A stretch of 64,000 nt of DNA from Candidatus Poribacteria bacterium (GTDB taxonomy: Bacteria; Poribacteria; WGA-4E; WGA-3G). The notes under the pieces were generated by a model. That model did not search any database and was not told where the DNA came from. It was given only the letters and a program-made list of their open reading frames with translations. The stretch is taken from assembly GCA_026702755.1 (NCBI GenBank), contig JAPPBX010000017.1, positions 13,743-77,742 on the forward strand. The letters are read 5' to 3'. The first letter of the stretch is position 1, and each line of letters starts with the position of its first letter. A program made the position numbers and the translations under genes. Below are positions 53,258-63,420 of this stretch, one piece after another.

Positions 53258-53433
53258 AACACTATATTAGCACAAATCCGAGAGTTAAGGCAACAAACAT
53301 TCTTGGGAATACATTCGGTTTTTTGAAAATACCGTTCTACCCTTATTTGATTTTCAGTAGACCCTGATATTTTTTGAAGAGAACCGAAACGATTCACAAC
53401 AAATGTAGTATAATAGGAGGATACTTAATTATT

Positions 53434-53994
53434 ATGTTCAGAGTTGTTGCAAAAATTATCAGTTTCCTTATCTTACTCATAGGCTTTATGGGGTGTGGGA
53501 ACGCTGAAAGATATGATCAGGCTCCACCTAAAGTACTGCTTGAAATTAATAAAGTCTTAGACCAATGGCGGCAGGGGTATGAGACAGAGGATGTTAACGC
53601 TTACATCGGGACCTTCTGGGAAGAAGGGTTCCTTTATGTTTCCGATTGGGGAACAGATGGGGACAAGACAGACGATTTAGAGTTTGATGACATCCGACAG
53701 GAACGGGATGCCGCTATCCGAGTCTTTAAGAAGTATCAGGATATTGAGATAGAACTCTCTGTTCCACCGGAGATTTCTATGAACGAGGACGGAACACAGG
53801 TGGAAGTTCGGAATCACTATAGGATCCAACTTTTTATATCGGATGGACACTCGCTTGAGGGTGGATTTAGCGGTGTGTATGCTGAAGGGGACAACCTCTT
53901 TATCTTTGAAAAAAGAAACGATGAATGGCGCATAGCTGAGTGGCATGACGAAGCCTATAATGAAGAAGAGATTCGTATCGCCAATAGCCTATAA
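53434..53994 (+). CDS. Small lipoprotein of unknown function (NTF2/SnoaL-like fold suspected)
   Basis: AGGAGG RBS then ATG. Lipoprotein signal MFRVVAKIISFLILLIGFMGCGN. Confidence 0.45.
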   Translation: MFRVVAKIISFLILLIGFMGCGNAERYDQAPPKVLLEINKVLDQWRQGYETEDVNAYIGTFWEEGFLYVSDWGTDGDKTDDLEFDDIRQERDAAIRVFKKYQDIEIELSVPPEISMNEDGTQVEVRNHYRIQLFISDGHSLEGGFSGVYAEGDNLFIFEKRNDEWRIAEWHDEAYNEEEIRIANSL

Positions 53995-54142
53995 ATGCCT
54001 TATGTCAGTACGATTTTTCCCTTGTATTTCGGGTAAATATCTGTTAAAATATTCGGCGGTGTTAAGAATTAATTAAAGGACTTGCTTCCGAGAACCAACA
54101 AAAAGACAAAATCTTCAGAAAAAAGGTTAGCAGTGAATTTCC

Positions 54143-55390
54143 ATGAGCATATTTTCTTTACGAAAACGATTTTTTGGCGGCGTTTGCGAGTTTCCAAAGT
54201 TTTCTATTAAAAGTTTTTTACTATTTTTCCTGGGTGTATTACTCCTCAGTCTTTCCATCCCCGTTTCAGCCGTAGATTCCCCTGCCGAAAATCCAACGAC
54301 TGGCACAGAAGTTACGTCAGAAACTACAAAGACCCCAGAATTCTCTACATATAGACTGCAAGTTGGTGATAGTTTTGTTGTCACCGTGGATGGCTATCCC
54401 GAATATAGTAAAGAGCGGATCCCTGTGCCGGTTCAACAAGACGGTTATGTCTCCTATCCGCTCATTGGACTCATCAAGGCAACGAATCTCACCGTTTCTG
54501 AGTTGGAAGCACAGATGCAGTCGGCTTTCTCAAAACATCTTCCGACAGCACGCGTATTTGTAACGCTCATGCAACCAAAACGGACGATTCTCGTGTTCGG
54601 CGCGGTTGAACCGCGACCACGCGGAAACTTTCATATCTTTGAAGTCGGACAGGTTTATCTCCTTCAGGCACTCGCCTCCGCTGGAATCAATTATGAAGCT
54701 GCGGATCTTACGGACATCTCTATCTGGCGCGATGGGAAACTGTATAAAAAGGTTGATTACCTTCAGCTCATGAGTTCAGGAGGACCGGATATTCCATTGA
54801 AAGATCACGATACGATCTTTGTTCCGTCTATCTTTCAACAGCGCCCCGTGCGTGTTATAGGGGCAGTGGTGGCTCCGGGTGTTTATCCCATAACCACACC
54901 GCAGGTACCAGCAACCCAAGTGTTGAAAATTGCAGGGGGGTCGAGAACTGATTTCGCGGACTTGCACAAATCAGAAATTCTCACGAGCAAAGAACGCATT
55001 TTAGTGAATCTCGCTGCGGAGAACGTTAATGCGATGTTGGGACCGGGAGACACGTTGTATGTCCCTTTGGCGGAAGCGAAAATAAGTGTTACGGGTGCTG
55101 TAGAAAAGCCAGGACAATATGTGATCACCGAGCCAATACTTCTGGGGCAAGCCATTGCGATGGCGGGTGGATTCAACGAGGAAAGGGCAAACCCAAAGAA
55201 ATGCTTACTGACACGCGCAGATGGGACAGAGGAAGAACTGAACTTTGACCAGGTACACTCGGAAGTTTATTTGAATCCGAAAGATCAACTCCGAATTCGT
55301 GAACGAACACGTTTAGATTGGCGGGTCATTACCTTCGGAACATCATTTGTGAATCTACTTGTCACTGTTCTGTTTAGGTACAGGAATTAA
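54143..55390 (+). CDS. Polysaccharide export outer-membrane protein (Wza / Poly_export + SLBB family)
   Basis: Signal peptide. Poly_export-like YRLQVGDSFVVTVDGYPEYS...YVSYPLIGLIKATNLTVSELE. Repeated SLBB-like segments (GAVEPRPRGNF; IGAVVAPGVYPI; TGAVEKPGQYVI). Confidence 0.7.
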   Translation: MSIFSLRKRFFGGVCEFPKFSIKSFLLFFLGVLLLSLSIPVSAVDSPAENPTTGTEVTSETTKTPEFSTYRLQVGDSFVVTVDGYPEYSKERIPVPVQQDGYVSYPLIGLIKATNLTVSELEAQMQSAFSKHLPTARVFVTLMQPKRTILVFGAVEPRPRGNFHIFEVGQVYLLQALASAGINYEAADLTDISIWRDGKLYKKVDYLQLMSSGGPDIPLKDHDTIFVPSIFQQRPVRVIGAVVAPGVYPITTPQVPATQVLKIAGGSRTDFADLHKSEILTSKERILVNLAAENVNAMLGPGDTLYVPLAEAKISVTGAVEKPGQYVITEPILLGQAIAMAGGFNEERANPKKCLLTRADGTEEELNFDQVHSEVYLNPKDQLRIRERTRLDWRVITFGTSFVNLLVTVLFRYRN

Positions 55391-55530
55391 TTGCGGGATA
55401 TACGCACGCGGATCAGTTATCGGTTTTCAGTTTTCAGTTTTCAGCGACAAGAGGTGTTGTGGCTGCCACAAGAAACCTCTTAACTGATGACTGACCACTG
55501 ATGACTGATAACTATTAAACGAGGTTAGAA

Positions 55531-57885
55531 ATGCCAGAGACAGCCGATAGGCAGCTTGAGGAAGTTAGAGAAATTCGATTGTCAGACTATTTTTGGATTC
55601 TCTTTCGGAATAAGTGGAGTGTCCTTCTCATTTTTTTGCTTTCCATTTTCGTTGCGTTCCTCATTACCGATCTCACGCCACAAGTTTATCAATCTGAAAC
55701 AACACTTCGCACTTTAGATGGTCAACCCACTCCTTCTTTACTCTCACAGTTGCCTATATCAGGATTATTGGGTAGCACATCGTTGGGGGCTTACGCTGCA
55801 CAGATACAATCGCGCGACCTTGTGATCGCGCCTGCGGTCCGTGAGCTTAGAGAAGAAGGGCTGCTCGATCCCTTACCTGTACATCGTGGGCGAACTGTTG
55901 TGTGGCTCGCAAACTTGTTAAATATTAAACTTGATCCCGACGCGACGGAGCAAGGCGATCTTACCCTCACGGAGTGGGAAGATTTCTTTGTGAAAACCCT
56001 TATTGACGAACAACTGAAAATCGAAGAAACGCCGGATGGAAGCGTAATCACCGTTACCGTGCAACAACCGACTCCAGAACGAGCACAGAATTTAGCCAAC
56101 AGGATCGCTGCAGTGTTTCAAGAGGCTGTTGAAGCAGAAGCCGTTGAAAGAATGGAGTGGTGGGAAAAGCCCCTCCCACAGATGATGCTGACGCAGACAA
56201 GGGATGACCTCACAAAGGCTGATGAGGCGTTCTTTAAATTTCAACAGGAGTACCCGGAGATAACTTTAAACGCGGAGGGGGCAATACAAGCGCAAATCAT
56301 TTTAGCACTTCAGGTCAAAGAAAACGAATTGATAGATCTCTTGGCAGGTGCTGAATTGAGACTGGCAACCTATCAAGCGGAGTTAGAAAAGTCGTCAGAA
56401 GAGGTCATCTCAGAAACGATCGCTCGAAATCCTTCACATTCCAAATTACAAGATAATTTAAACGAATATGAAATTGAGAGGGCGGAACTGCTTGGCAAAT
56501 ACGATGAAACGCATCCTGAAGTGACGGCGAAAGATAAAAAAATTAAGGAGACAGAAGCGCGTCTCGCCAGAGAGGAGAAGGACATAAAAAGCACCACTTC
56601 CTCTTACAATCCGCTTCATCAAGCACTCACGGAGAAAGTAAATGAGACCCAGGCATCTATTACGAGTCTCAAGCAACAGCAAGCGAATGTCGCTGCCCAA
56701 ATTGACGAACATCACGCGAAGCTTGGTGGTTGGTCAGACGAGCAGTTACAGTTCTATCGCCTCAAACGAGATGTTGAGATTAACAACGCCCAAGTAGTCG
56801 CTTTGGAAACGAGAATGCGGGAAGCAGAAATTTTTGCCCAAGCGCGATCAGAAAGTATCAAGGTTTTAGATAAAGCACGAGCACCCGAAGAACCATTGAA
56901 ACCACGCCTGAAACTCAATCTCGCTTTAGGTGCTATGGTGGGTATGCTACTTGCCATGACGTTTGCTGTCGCCAAAAATTACTTCAAAGATACATATCTC
57001 CGGTTAGAAGAGGCTGTGCGTCAATTAGGCGCGCTGCCGGAGTCACCGAGTTTCCTCGGTGTGCTTCCATCTATTAAAAAACGTAGTGCCTACCGACTTC
57101 CGCTGGTTGTTCACGATGCTCCTAAATCGAGGTCAGCCGAAGCATTTCGCGTCCTACAAGCGAAATTGCCGTTTCTGAATCCAGGCGCACCCGTGCAAAC
57201 AATTCTCGTCACAAGTGCGACGCGCGGGGAAGGGAAAAGCACGATCTCCTCTAATCTTGCTGTCGCACTTGCGGAAAGAGGAAATCGAGTTTTGTTGATA
57301 GATGCCGATATGCGCCGTCCTTCGCAACACAACACTTTTCCGGGAGAGCAACCGCCTCAAGTAGAGAACACGGCAGAGACATCTGACTCTGAATTCCCGA
57401 TTGCGCGCGTTGATGCTCGTAAACCCGGTTTGAGTGAAGCCCTTATCCATTTAAACTCCGAAAACGGAGTCGATGTACTCCATGAAACAGTTAAGCAGAC
57501 CGACATCCCCAATTTACATCTGGTGCCGAGTGGGACAGTGCCACCGAATCCAATTGAACTTCTGAACTCAGAAATGATGACAGAATGGTTGGAACTCGCA
57601 AAATCGGAGTATAATGTGATTGTGATCGACTCACCACCTGTGCGTGCTGTCGCCGATCCAATGATTTTGGCGAATATCGTTGATGCTATCGTTTACGTAT
57701 TTGACATCACAAAAACCCGCCGCTTTGATATCCTTACGGGTGTACGGCATTTGACAGAGGCTTTCCCAATGAAAGGTATCGGCGTGCTTTGCAATATGAT
57801 CAATCCGAGACATGCAAAATCTTATGGATACTACAGCCGCCATGGTAATTACGCCGATCTTGCCGATGAAGAGGGTGAGAGTTGA
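55531..57885 (+). CDS. Polysaccharide co-polymerase / BY-kinase (Wzc/GumC family): Wzz-like N-terminal domain, periplasmic coiled coil, C-terminal P-loop kinase
   Basis: Wzz motif DYFWILFRNKWSVLLIFLLSIFVAF. Second TM LALGAMVGMLLAMTFAVAK. Walker A VTSATRGEGKSTISSNLAVALA. VLLIDADMRRP. VIVIDSPP. Confidence 0.8.
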   Translation: MPETADRQLEEVREIRLSDYFWILFRNKWSVLLIFLLSIFVAFLITDLTPQVYQSETTLRTLDGQPTPSLLSQLPISGLLGSTSLGAYAAQIQSRDLVIAPAVRELREEGLLDPLPVHRGRTVVWLANLLNIKLDPDATEQGDLTLTEWEDFFVKTLIDEQLKIEETPDGSVITVTVQQPTPERAQNLANRIAAVFQEAVEAEAVERMEWWEKPLPQMMLTQTRDDLTKADEAFFKFQQEYPEITLNAEGAIQAQIILALQVKENELIDLLAGAELRLATYQAELEKSSEEVISETIARNPSHSKLQDNLNEYEIERAELLGKYDETHPEVTAKDKKIKETEARLAREEKDIKSTTSSYNPLHQALTEKVNETQASITSLKQQQANVAAQIDEHHAKLGGWSDEQLQFYRLKRDVEINNAQVVALETRMREAEIFAQARSESIKVLDKARAPEEPLKPRLKLNLALGAMVGMLLAMTFAVAKNYFKDTYLRLEEAVRQLGALPESPSFLGVLPSIKKRSAYRLPLVVHDAPKSRSAEAFRVLQAKLPFLNPGAPVQTILVTSATRGEGKSTISSNLAVALAERGNRVLLIDADMRRPSQHNTFPGEQPPQVENTAETSDSEFPIARVDARKPGLSEALIHLNSENGVDVLHETVKQTDIPNLHLVPSGTVPPNPIELLNSEMMTEWLELAKSEYNVIVIDSPPVRAVADPMILANIVDAIVYVFDITKTRRFDILTGVRHLTEAFPMKGIGVLCNMINPRHAKSYGYYSRHGNYADLADEEGES

Positions 57886-57959
57886 TTAATGGAAAGTCTA
57901 TGTATGGAAGATTGGAAAGTTGGGACTCTGCCTCCCGCCTTCCTCCTTTCAATCCTTTT

Positions 57960-58799
57960 TCATTTCATTTTCCCTAAACTCGCGGGTGGACGCGATGTGC
58001 CTACCAATCCAGCGAGGACGATCATTGTTAAGATATATGGTAAACTATTCAACAGTTGTCCCGGAATGTTCCATCGGTTCGCGAGTTCTAAAGCAGTAGC
58101 AAATCCGAAAAGGAAGCATGCTGCTACGCCACTCAACGGACGCCAATTCCCAAAGATAACAGCTGCGAGCGCGAGATAGCCCCGCCCTGCCGTCATCCCT
58201 TTTGTGAAATAGTGAACTTCAGATGCCAGAAAACAACCGCCGGTTGCCGCCAAGATGCCGCTGAACAGAACCCCAAAATATTGCCATTTTACTCGACTCA
58301 GACTGAGTGCTTCGAGTGCTTCTGTTGATTCACCCGCGGCACGCAATCGCAAGCCCCACGGTGTTTTAAACAGGAAGATATGACTTATTACCATCAGGAC
58401 GGGTAGTAAATAGACGATAAAACCGTAGGAACCAATAAGTGGTAGCTGCCAATGTGGAAGACCGCTGACCTGTTCAGAAGTGGGCAAAAGGTATTCTGTA
58501 ATCCCTAACGCGAGAATATTAATGCCAACCCCCGTGACGATCTGTTCTGCCTGAAAGGTAATCGTTGCAACCGCGTGGAGTAGTGCCAACGCTAACCCGA
58601 AACTTATCGCTACAAGTAACCCGATCCATACTGACCCCGAAGCCTGTGTCCCGATAACATAACCGAAAGCCCCTATGAGCATCATACCTTCTAAGGCAAG
58701 GTTGATTACACCGGCGCGCTCCGAATAAATTCCGCCCAGTGCAGCGAATCCTAACGGGGTTGCCATTCGTAAAGTGCTTGGAATCAATTCAAAAATCAT
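57960..58799 (-). CDS. ABC transporter permease, BPD_transp_2 family (BMP/nucleoside-type, COG1079-like)
   Basis: MIFELIPSTLRMATPLGFAALGGIYSERAGVINLALEGMMLIGAF is typical of this permease family. Eight TM segments. Confidence 0.75.
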   Translation of the reverse strand: MIFELIPSTLRMATPLGFAALGGIYSERAGVINLALEGMMLIGAFGYVIGTQASGSVWIGLLVAISFGLALALLHAVATITFQAEQIVTGVGINILALGITEYLLPTSEQVSGLPHWQLPLIGSYGFIVYLLPVLMVISHIFLFKTPWGLRLRAAGESTEALEALSLSRVKWQYFGVLFSGILAATGGCFLASEVHYFTKGMTAGRGYLALAAVIFGNWRPLSGVAACFLFGFATALELANRWNIPGQLLNSLPYILTMIVLAGLVGTSRPPASLGKMK

Positions 58800-59010
58800 A
58801 TTTTTAATTTACCTTGCGGTTCGGTATAGCAGGTTTAGACTTTGGCGTGCCTTTCTGTAGAGTTGAAGAAATCCGCAGAAACACCCAAGCAAAAACCCCA
58901 AGCAAAACCCCTCCACTTCGTTTCGGGCTTAGTCTTCTTTTTTTAACAAGAAAGTTTCTTAGCTGGACATCACACACCGGCGCGGCTTATGGAAATTTCA
59001 AGACCCACCG

Positions 59011-60111
59011 CTACCGAAGGAGGAAAGCATCTATTTTTCCTGAAATGCGTTCCATGCTAACTAACCAGATAATTAGCATGCCCTGACCTGCAAGGAATAA
59101 ACCGCGCCGAACCTCCAACAAGATTTCGATGTCCAAAGCGACTTTGTTCAATAATCCGAACAGGATGGCTGCAGCAAAGATGCCGAACGGATTGTTTCTA
59201 CCCAAAAGCGCGACTGCAATTCCGGTGAACCCCCATCCCGATGAGAAGTTATCCAAAAACCGATAGCGGTATCCCATCACGTCAGCGACACCTGCTAACC
59301 CTGCGACGGCACCGCTCAACGCCATTACCCATATCGTTACAGCGTAAGGATTTATCCCACCATAGGATGCAGCATCTCGCGCGTTTCCTACCAAACGGAG
59401 TTCATATCCCCAACGCGTGTAGGTTAAGAAAATGTAGGAGAGTACCACACCTCCACAGGCGAGCAAGAAACTCATGTTTAACGGATTGCTTTGTGGAAGA
59501 CCGGGGAGCAAAGATGCTAATCGTGGGAATTGCGCTGCTTCGTAAATTTGCCGTGTATGTGGGATCATCTGGCTGGGTTCTTGGTAGACAGACGTAACAA
59601 GGTAGTTCATGAGAGCAAAGGCGATAAAGTTCATCATAATCGTATTGATAACTTCATGTGCGCCGTATCTTGCCTTTAGAAACCCCGGAATCGCGCCCCA
59701 TCCAGCACCGGCAACCATTGCCCCACCCACACAGAAAGGGGCCAACAGGAAAGCGGGAAGGTTCAGGTGTATACCTATCCATGCAGCGGTGAACGCAGCA
59801 ATGTAGAGTTGTCCTTCGCAGCCGATGTTAAACAGTCCACTCTTATAGGCAATAGCAACGGCGAGTCCTGTAAACACAAGCGGCGTTGCGTTAAATAGAA
59901 CGTAGCCGAAGTCGTCAAAACTTGCGAACCCACTGACGAAGATGATGCTATAGAATTCCAGTGGATCCTGTCCACGGACATAGAGGACAAACCCACATAG
60001 AAGAAAGAATCCAGAAAGCGCGAGCAGCGTAGGTATACAATTAACGAATAGGCGTTTGACTTGGGGAACACTGTCCCGGAACAGCGAGATGGACACTTTT
60101 CGGATATTCAA
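59011..60111 (-). CDS. ABC transporter permease, BPD_transp_2 family (COG4603-like partner)
   Basis: ATPLVFTGLAVAIAYKSGLFNIGCEGQLYIAAF signature and multiple TM segments. The start is uncertain: the ORF is open to 60255 but the N-terminal ~50 aa look non-coding, and a TTG/GTG start near 60111/60096 is more likely. Confidence 0.6.
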   Translation of the reverse strand: MNIRKVSISLFRDSVPQVKRLFVNCIPTLLALSGFFLLCGFVLYVRGQDPLEFYSIIFVSGFASFDDFGYVLFNATPLVFTGLAVAIAYKSGLFNIGCEGQLYIAAFTAAWIGIHLNLPAFLLAPFCVGGAMVAGAGWGAIPGFLKARYGAHEVINTIMMNFIAFALMNYLVTSVYQEPSQMIPHTRQIYEAAQFPRLASLLPGLPQSNPLNMSFLLACGGVVLSYIFLTYTRWGYELRLVGNARDAASYGGINPYAVTIWVMALSGAVAGLAGVADVMGYRYRFLDNFSSGWGFTGIAVALLGRNNPFGIFAAAILFGLLNKVALDIEILLEVRRGLFLAGQGMLIIWLVSMERISGKIDAFLLR

Positions 60112-60265
60112 GATGTTCTCAATCTTCCCACTAAAATTTGACAAAGGTTCTCGAAACGTGTTATTATGGATAGTGCTGAATCTATGTGGAACACCCCTTG
60201 AGTATAGCACAAGTGTCGGATTAAAACAATTTACCGGTTGAGAGAAAAACCGCAAGGAGATCGAG

Positions 60266-61675
60266 ATGGAGAGAAACAGTGCAAAGTTGTCTCATGTTAA
60301 AAATGAGGCTACCCCAACAAATCTTCCTGCTCTTTTAGGAGGAACGACAGTCTTTGAAAAGACACCTGATGTGCCTTTTCCGAAACTGGAGCAGTGGACT
60401 CAGGTGACAGAGGAAGAGGCACAGGTTGTTTATGAGATGACCCTTCGGAACGAACTCTCTGGTATATCTCCCACCGTTCAGGAATTTGAAAAAACTTGGC
60501 GTGAACGTCACCAAACCGAATATGCATTGAGCCTTACCAACGGGACAGCAGCACTACATAGCGCAATGTTTGGGCTTGGTGTCGGTCCCGGTGATGAGGT
60601 CATCTGTCCGACATATACATGGATGGGTTCAATTACGCCAGCGTTGACATTGATGGCGAAACCGGTTTTTTGTGAAGTTGATCCGAAGACATTATTGATC
60701 GATGTGGCTGACGTGCGGCGGCGCATTACATCACGAACCAAAGCAATTATAGCAGTACATCTGTGGGGTAATGTGTGTGACATGGATGCACTAATGGCAC
60801 TTAGCGAGGAGACCGGTGTGCCGGTCATAGAGGACTGCTCTCACGCCCACGGGGCATCTTACAAAGGTGTGCCGTGTGGAAGTATCGGGCAGGTCGGCGC
60901 GTGGAGTTTGCAAGGCAGTAAACCCGTTAGCGGTGGTGAAGGTGGGATGTTGGCTACGAACGACGTAGCCGTTTTTGAGCGAGCATGTTTACTTGGACAG
61001 GTTAACCGTCCGCTCGGTACTACAGATGAAACGGCGGTATTGCGCTATGCACATCTTCCACCGATGGGGCTTGGCGTTAAATTTCGAGCACATCCACTGG
61101 CTATCGGCATCGCTTCGGTGCAGCTCAAGAAACTTGATAAACTCAATGCCGGTCGCCGTGCCTATATCCGAGCGATCTCCGATGGATTACAGGAGATTCC
61201 GGGCGTTTCACCTATTGAAATCTATAAAGGTGCTGAGCCAGCCGGATTTTTTGGCTTCCCCATCCACTATCACGAAGAAGAGATGCACGGACTTCCTGCG
61301 CCGATTTTTGCAGAGGCACTTCGACAAGAAGGCGTTTTAGCAAATAATAATCCTTATCCGCTCCTTGTGGGTGATGGCGTGCCTGTGTTTTCAGGGGGTC
61401 TACCGACAAATAGCAATCCATATCCACTCCTACATACTTTACCGCTTTTCATGCAAGGGCTTGATATGTACATGGACGGTCGAGGTGTCCTCTGTACCAC
61501 CGATATGGGTGGGGAGTTTGAACCCTATACAGCAGGAGACTTTCCTGTGACTGAAAAGGTGTGTTCGCAGCTCATATTTTTGCCGCTGTTGGCGGAACCG
61601 GTGGCGGGTGCTGTGTCAGGAATTTTGGATGCTATTCGTAAGGTCTCTTTACATAGCCATTTAATGAATGGTTAG
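60266..61675 (+). CDS. DegT/DnrJ/EryC1/StrS-family PLP-dependent sugar aminotransferase with an extended C-terminus
   Basis: LTNGTAALHSAMFGLGVGPGDEVICP, DCSHAHGASYKG, and the PLP-Lys motif SLQGSKPVSGGEGGMLATND. AAGGAGA RBS. Confidence 0.75.
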   Translation: MERNSAKLSHVKNEATPTNLPALLGGTTVFEKTPDVPFPKLEQWTQVTEEEAQVVYEMTLRNELSGISPTVQEFEKTWRERHQTEYALSLTNGTAALHSAMFGLGVGPGDEVICPTYTWMGSITPALTLMAKPVFCEVDPKTLLIDVADVRRRITSRTKAIIAVHLWGNVCDMDALMALSEETGVPVIEDCSHAHGASYKGVPCGSIGQVGAWSLQGSKPVSGGEGGMLATNDVAVFERACLLGQVNRPLGTTDETAVLRYAHLPPMGLGVKFRAHPLAIGIASVQLKKLDKLNAGRRAYIRAISDGLQEIPGVSPIEIYKGAEPAGFFGFPIHYHEEEMHGLPAPIFAEALRQEGVLANNNPYPLLVGDGVPVFSGGLPTNSNPYPLLHTLPLFMQGLDMYMDGRGVLCTTDMGGEFEPYTAGDFPVTEKVCSQLIFLPLLAEPVAGAVSGILDAIRKVSLHSHLMNG

Positions 61676-61684
61676 ACGAACAAA

Positions 61685-63343
61685 ATGCCGATAGAATTTT
61701 CAGCCCGAACTCGCGCACAGAATATAGAAACTTTCAAGACGGAACCTTTGGATGTTTTGGTTATCGGTGGCGGCATCGTCGGGGCGGGTTTAATCCGTGA
61801 CCTTGCGCGCAACGGGGGCATCAAAGCAGGCTTGATTGAACAAGGCGATTTCGCGAGTGGCACAAGTAGTGCTACCTCCCAACTTGTACACGGTGGGTTT
61901 CGCTACCTACTTAAACGCGATATTGACCTCGTCAAGAATTCCCGCAAGGAACGTGAAATTCTGCGACGCATTGCACCGAATCTTGTCAAACCGATGCCAA
62001 TAGCAGTGCTCAGCTACAAAGGCGATCCGTACCCGTTGACGGGGATACAACTCGCTGCACATTACTACAATCGTCTCTTTAAAGCAGATGAAGCGGAGAA
62101 AACGGTCGTCATTCGTGATAGGCAAAAAGTGCAGCGTTTGGTAGGACCTATCACCGCGGATACGCTAAAAGGATGCGTCCTATTATGGGATAGCACTGTT
62201 GATGACGCAAGGTTGACCCTCGCAACACTCCAGGATGCACACCGACACGGTGCTATCATCGCAAACTATGTCCGTTTCCTCGATTTTGTCAGGCAATCAG
62301 ATACCGGTGGAAATCGGGTGTCCGGAATAATTGCTGAAGATGTTATTTCTGGGCAACGTTTCGAGATCACTGCCCGGAAAATTGTGGCAGCTACAGGTCC
62401 TTGGAGCGACAAGGTGTGGTCTAAAGATCCAAGTTACGACGGGGTACCACGCTTGGTGACGAAAAACGCGAAAGGTATTCATCTTGTCCTACCGCGCTGC
62501 GGAAAAGAAGATGACTCCGAAGCGTACGGTTTGATTGTTTGTACACGCTCGGAAAAACAACGCAAACGTAATCCGCGTGTTATTTTTATTTTACCGGGTG
62601 CCCATAATACTTCTATTGTCGGTACCACTGAAACAACACCGCAGGAAGAACTCGCATCAGTCCGTCCGTCAGTGGATGAAGTAAGTTATCTACTTTCGGA
62701 AACGCAGCGAATTTTCCCAGAAAAAACACTCAACAAAAATACTATCATTGCTGCGTATGCTGGAACCCGACCCCTCATCGCAGCGAAGAGACATGAGCGA
62801 GGATTTACAAGAGCAGGTTTTGTTTCAAGGGAGCACTTAATCACAGAGAGTCCGAGCGGGGTAATGTATCTCTATGGCGGAAAACTTACCACACACCGAC
62901 AGATGGCGGAGGAGACTGTAAACTGGCTTGCGAAGTTTTTAGACGTTCCTCGTAACTGTAAAACCGCCATGTATCCTTTACCTAATGCAATCGGGGAGAC
63001 ACCGGACGTTGACACAGAACGCCTTGCCAAACGATATGGTGAAGGATATAAAATTATTCAGCAGTTCATTGCCGAAGATAAAACACTTGCGGAGCCAATG
63101 ACATCATCTCTCCCTTTCACAAAAGCTGAAATCCTCTACGCCTGTTGGGGCGAGATGGTGATGACTCTTGAGGATCTTCTCTGGCGACGGACCCGAATCG
63201 GTTGGACCCCCGGTCAAGGTGTGGATATAGCACCTCAAATTGCGCAGTTTTTGGGGGAGAAGAACAATTGGAGTGATGCCAGAATCACAGCAGAGGTCAA
63301 GACATACCGCGAACGTATTGAATGGCTGAATTTTAATGTGTAA
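61685..63343 (+). CDS. FAD-dependent oxidoreductase of the glycerol-3-phosphate dehydrogenase (GlpD/GlpA) family
   Basis: DVLVIGGGIVGAGLIRDLARNG dinucleotide-binding motif. SGTSSATSQLVHGGFRYL. 552 aa with a C-terminal helical domain. Confidence 0.65.
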   Translation: MPIEFSARTRAQNIETFKTEPLDVLVIGGGIVGAGLIRDLARNGGIKAGLIEQGDFASGTSSATSQLVHGGFRYLLKRDIDLVKNSRKEREILRRIAPNLVKPMPIAVLSYKGDPYPLTGIQLAAHYYNRLFKADEAEKTVVIRDRQKVQRLVGPITADTLKGCVLLWDSTVDDARLTLATLQDAHRHGAIIANYVRFLDFVRQSDTGGNRVSGIIAEDVISGQRFEITARKIVAATGPWSDKVWSKDPSYDGVPRLVTKNAKGIHLVLPRCGKEDDSEAYGLIVCTRSEKQRKRNPRVIFILPGAHNTSIVGTTETTPQEELASVRPSVDEVSYLLSETQRIFPEKTLNKNTIIAAYAGTRPLIAAKRHERGFTRAGFVSREHLITESPSGVMYLYGGKLTTHRQMAEETVNWLAKFLDVPRNCKTAMYPLPNAIGETPDVDTERLAKRYGEGYKIIQQFIAEDKTLAEPMTSSLPFTKAEILYACWGEMVMTLEDLLWRRTRIGWTPGQGVDIAPQIAQFLGEKNNWSDARITAEVKTYRERIEWLNFNV

Positions 63344-63420
63344 GCGCAACCAACGGGCGCGCTGATATACGGAAAGGACACTTCACACACCCATCTGAAC
63401 GAACCGCAAGGAAAAGTAAA

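Noticed and set aside
58800-59010. Shared CCGCAAGG(T/A)AAA... sequence upstream of four starts (52082, 58799, 60266, 63421) as a regulatory motif
   Set aside because: It is most simply an extended Shine-Dalgarno (AAGGAG/AAGGTAAA) with a CCGC prefix. This is insufficient evidence for a distinct regulatory element.
59011-60255. Full-length 414-aa reading of the BMP-type permease ORF starting at 60255
   Set aside because: The first ~50 codons (MRFFSQPVNCFNPTLVLYSRGVPHRFSTIHNNTF...) have no TM character and lie in what looks like a divergent promoter region shared with the DegT gene. A later TTG/GTG start is more plausible. The coordinates are reported with low confidence.
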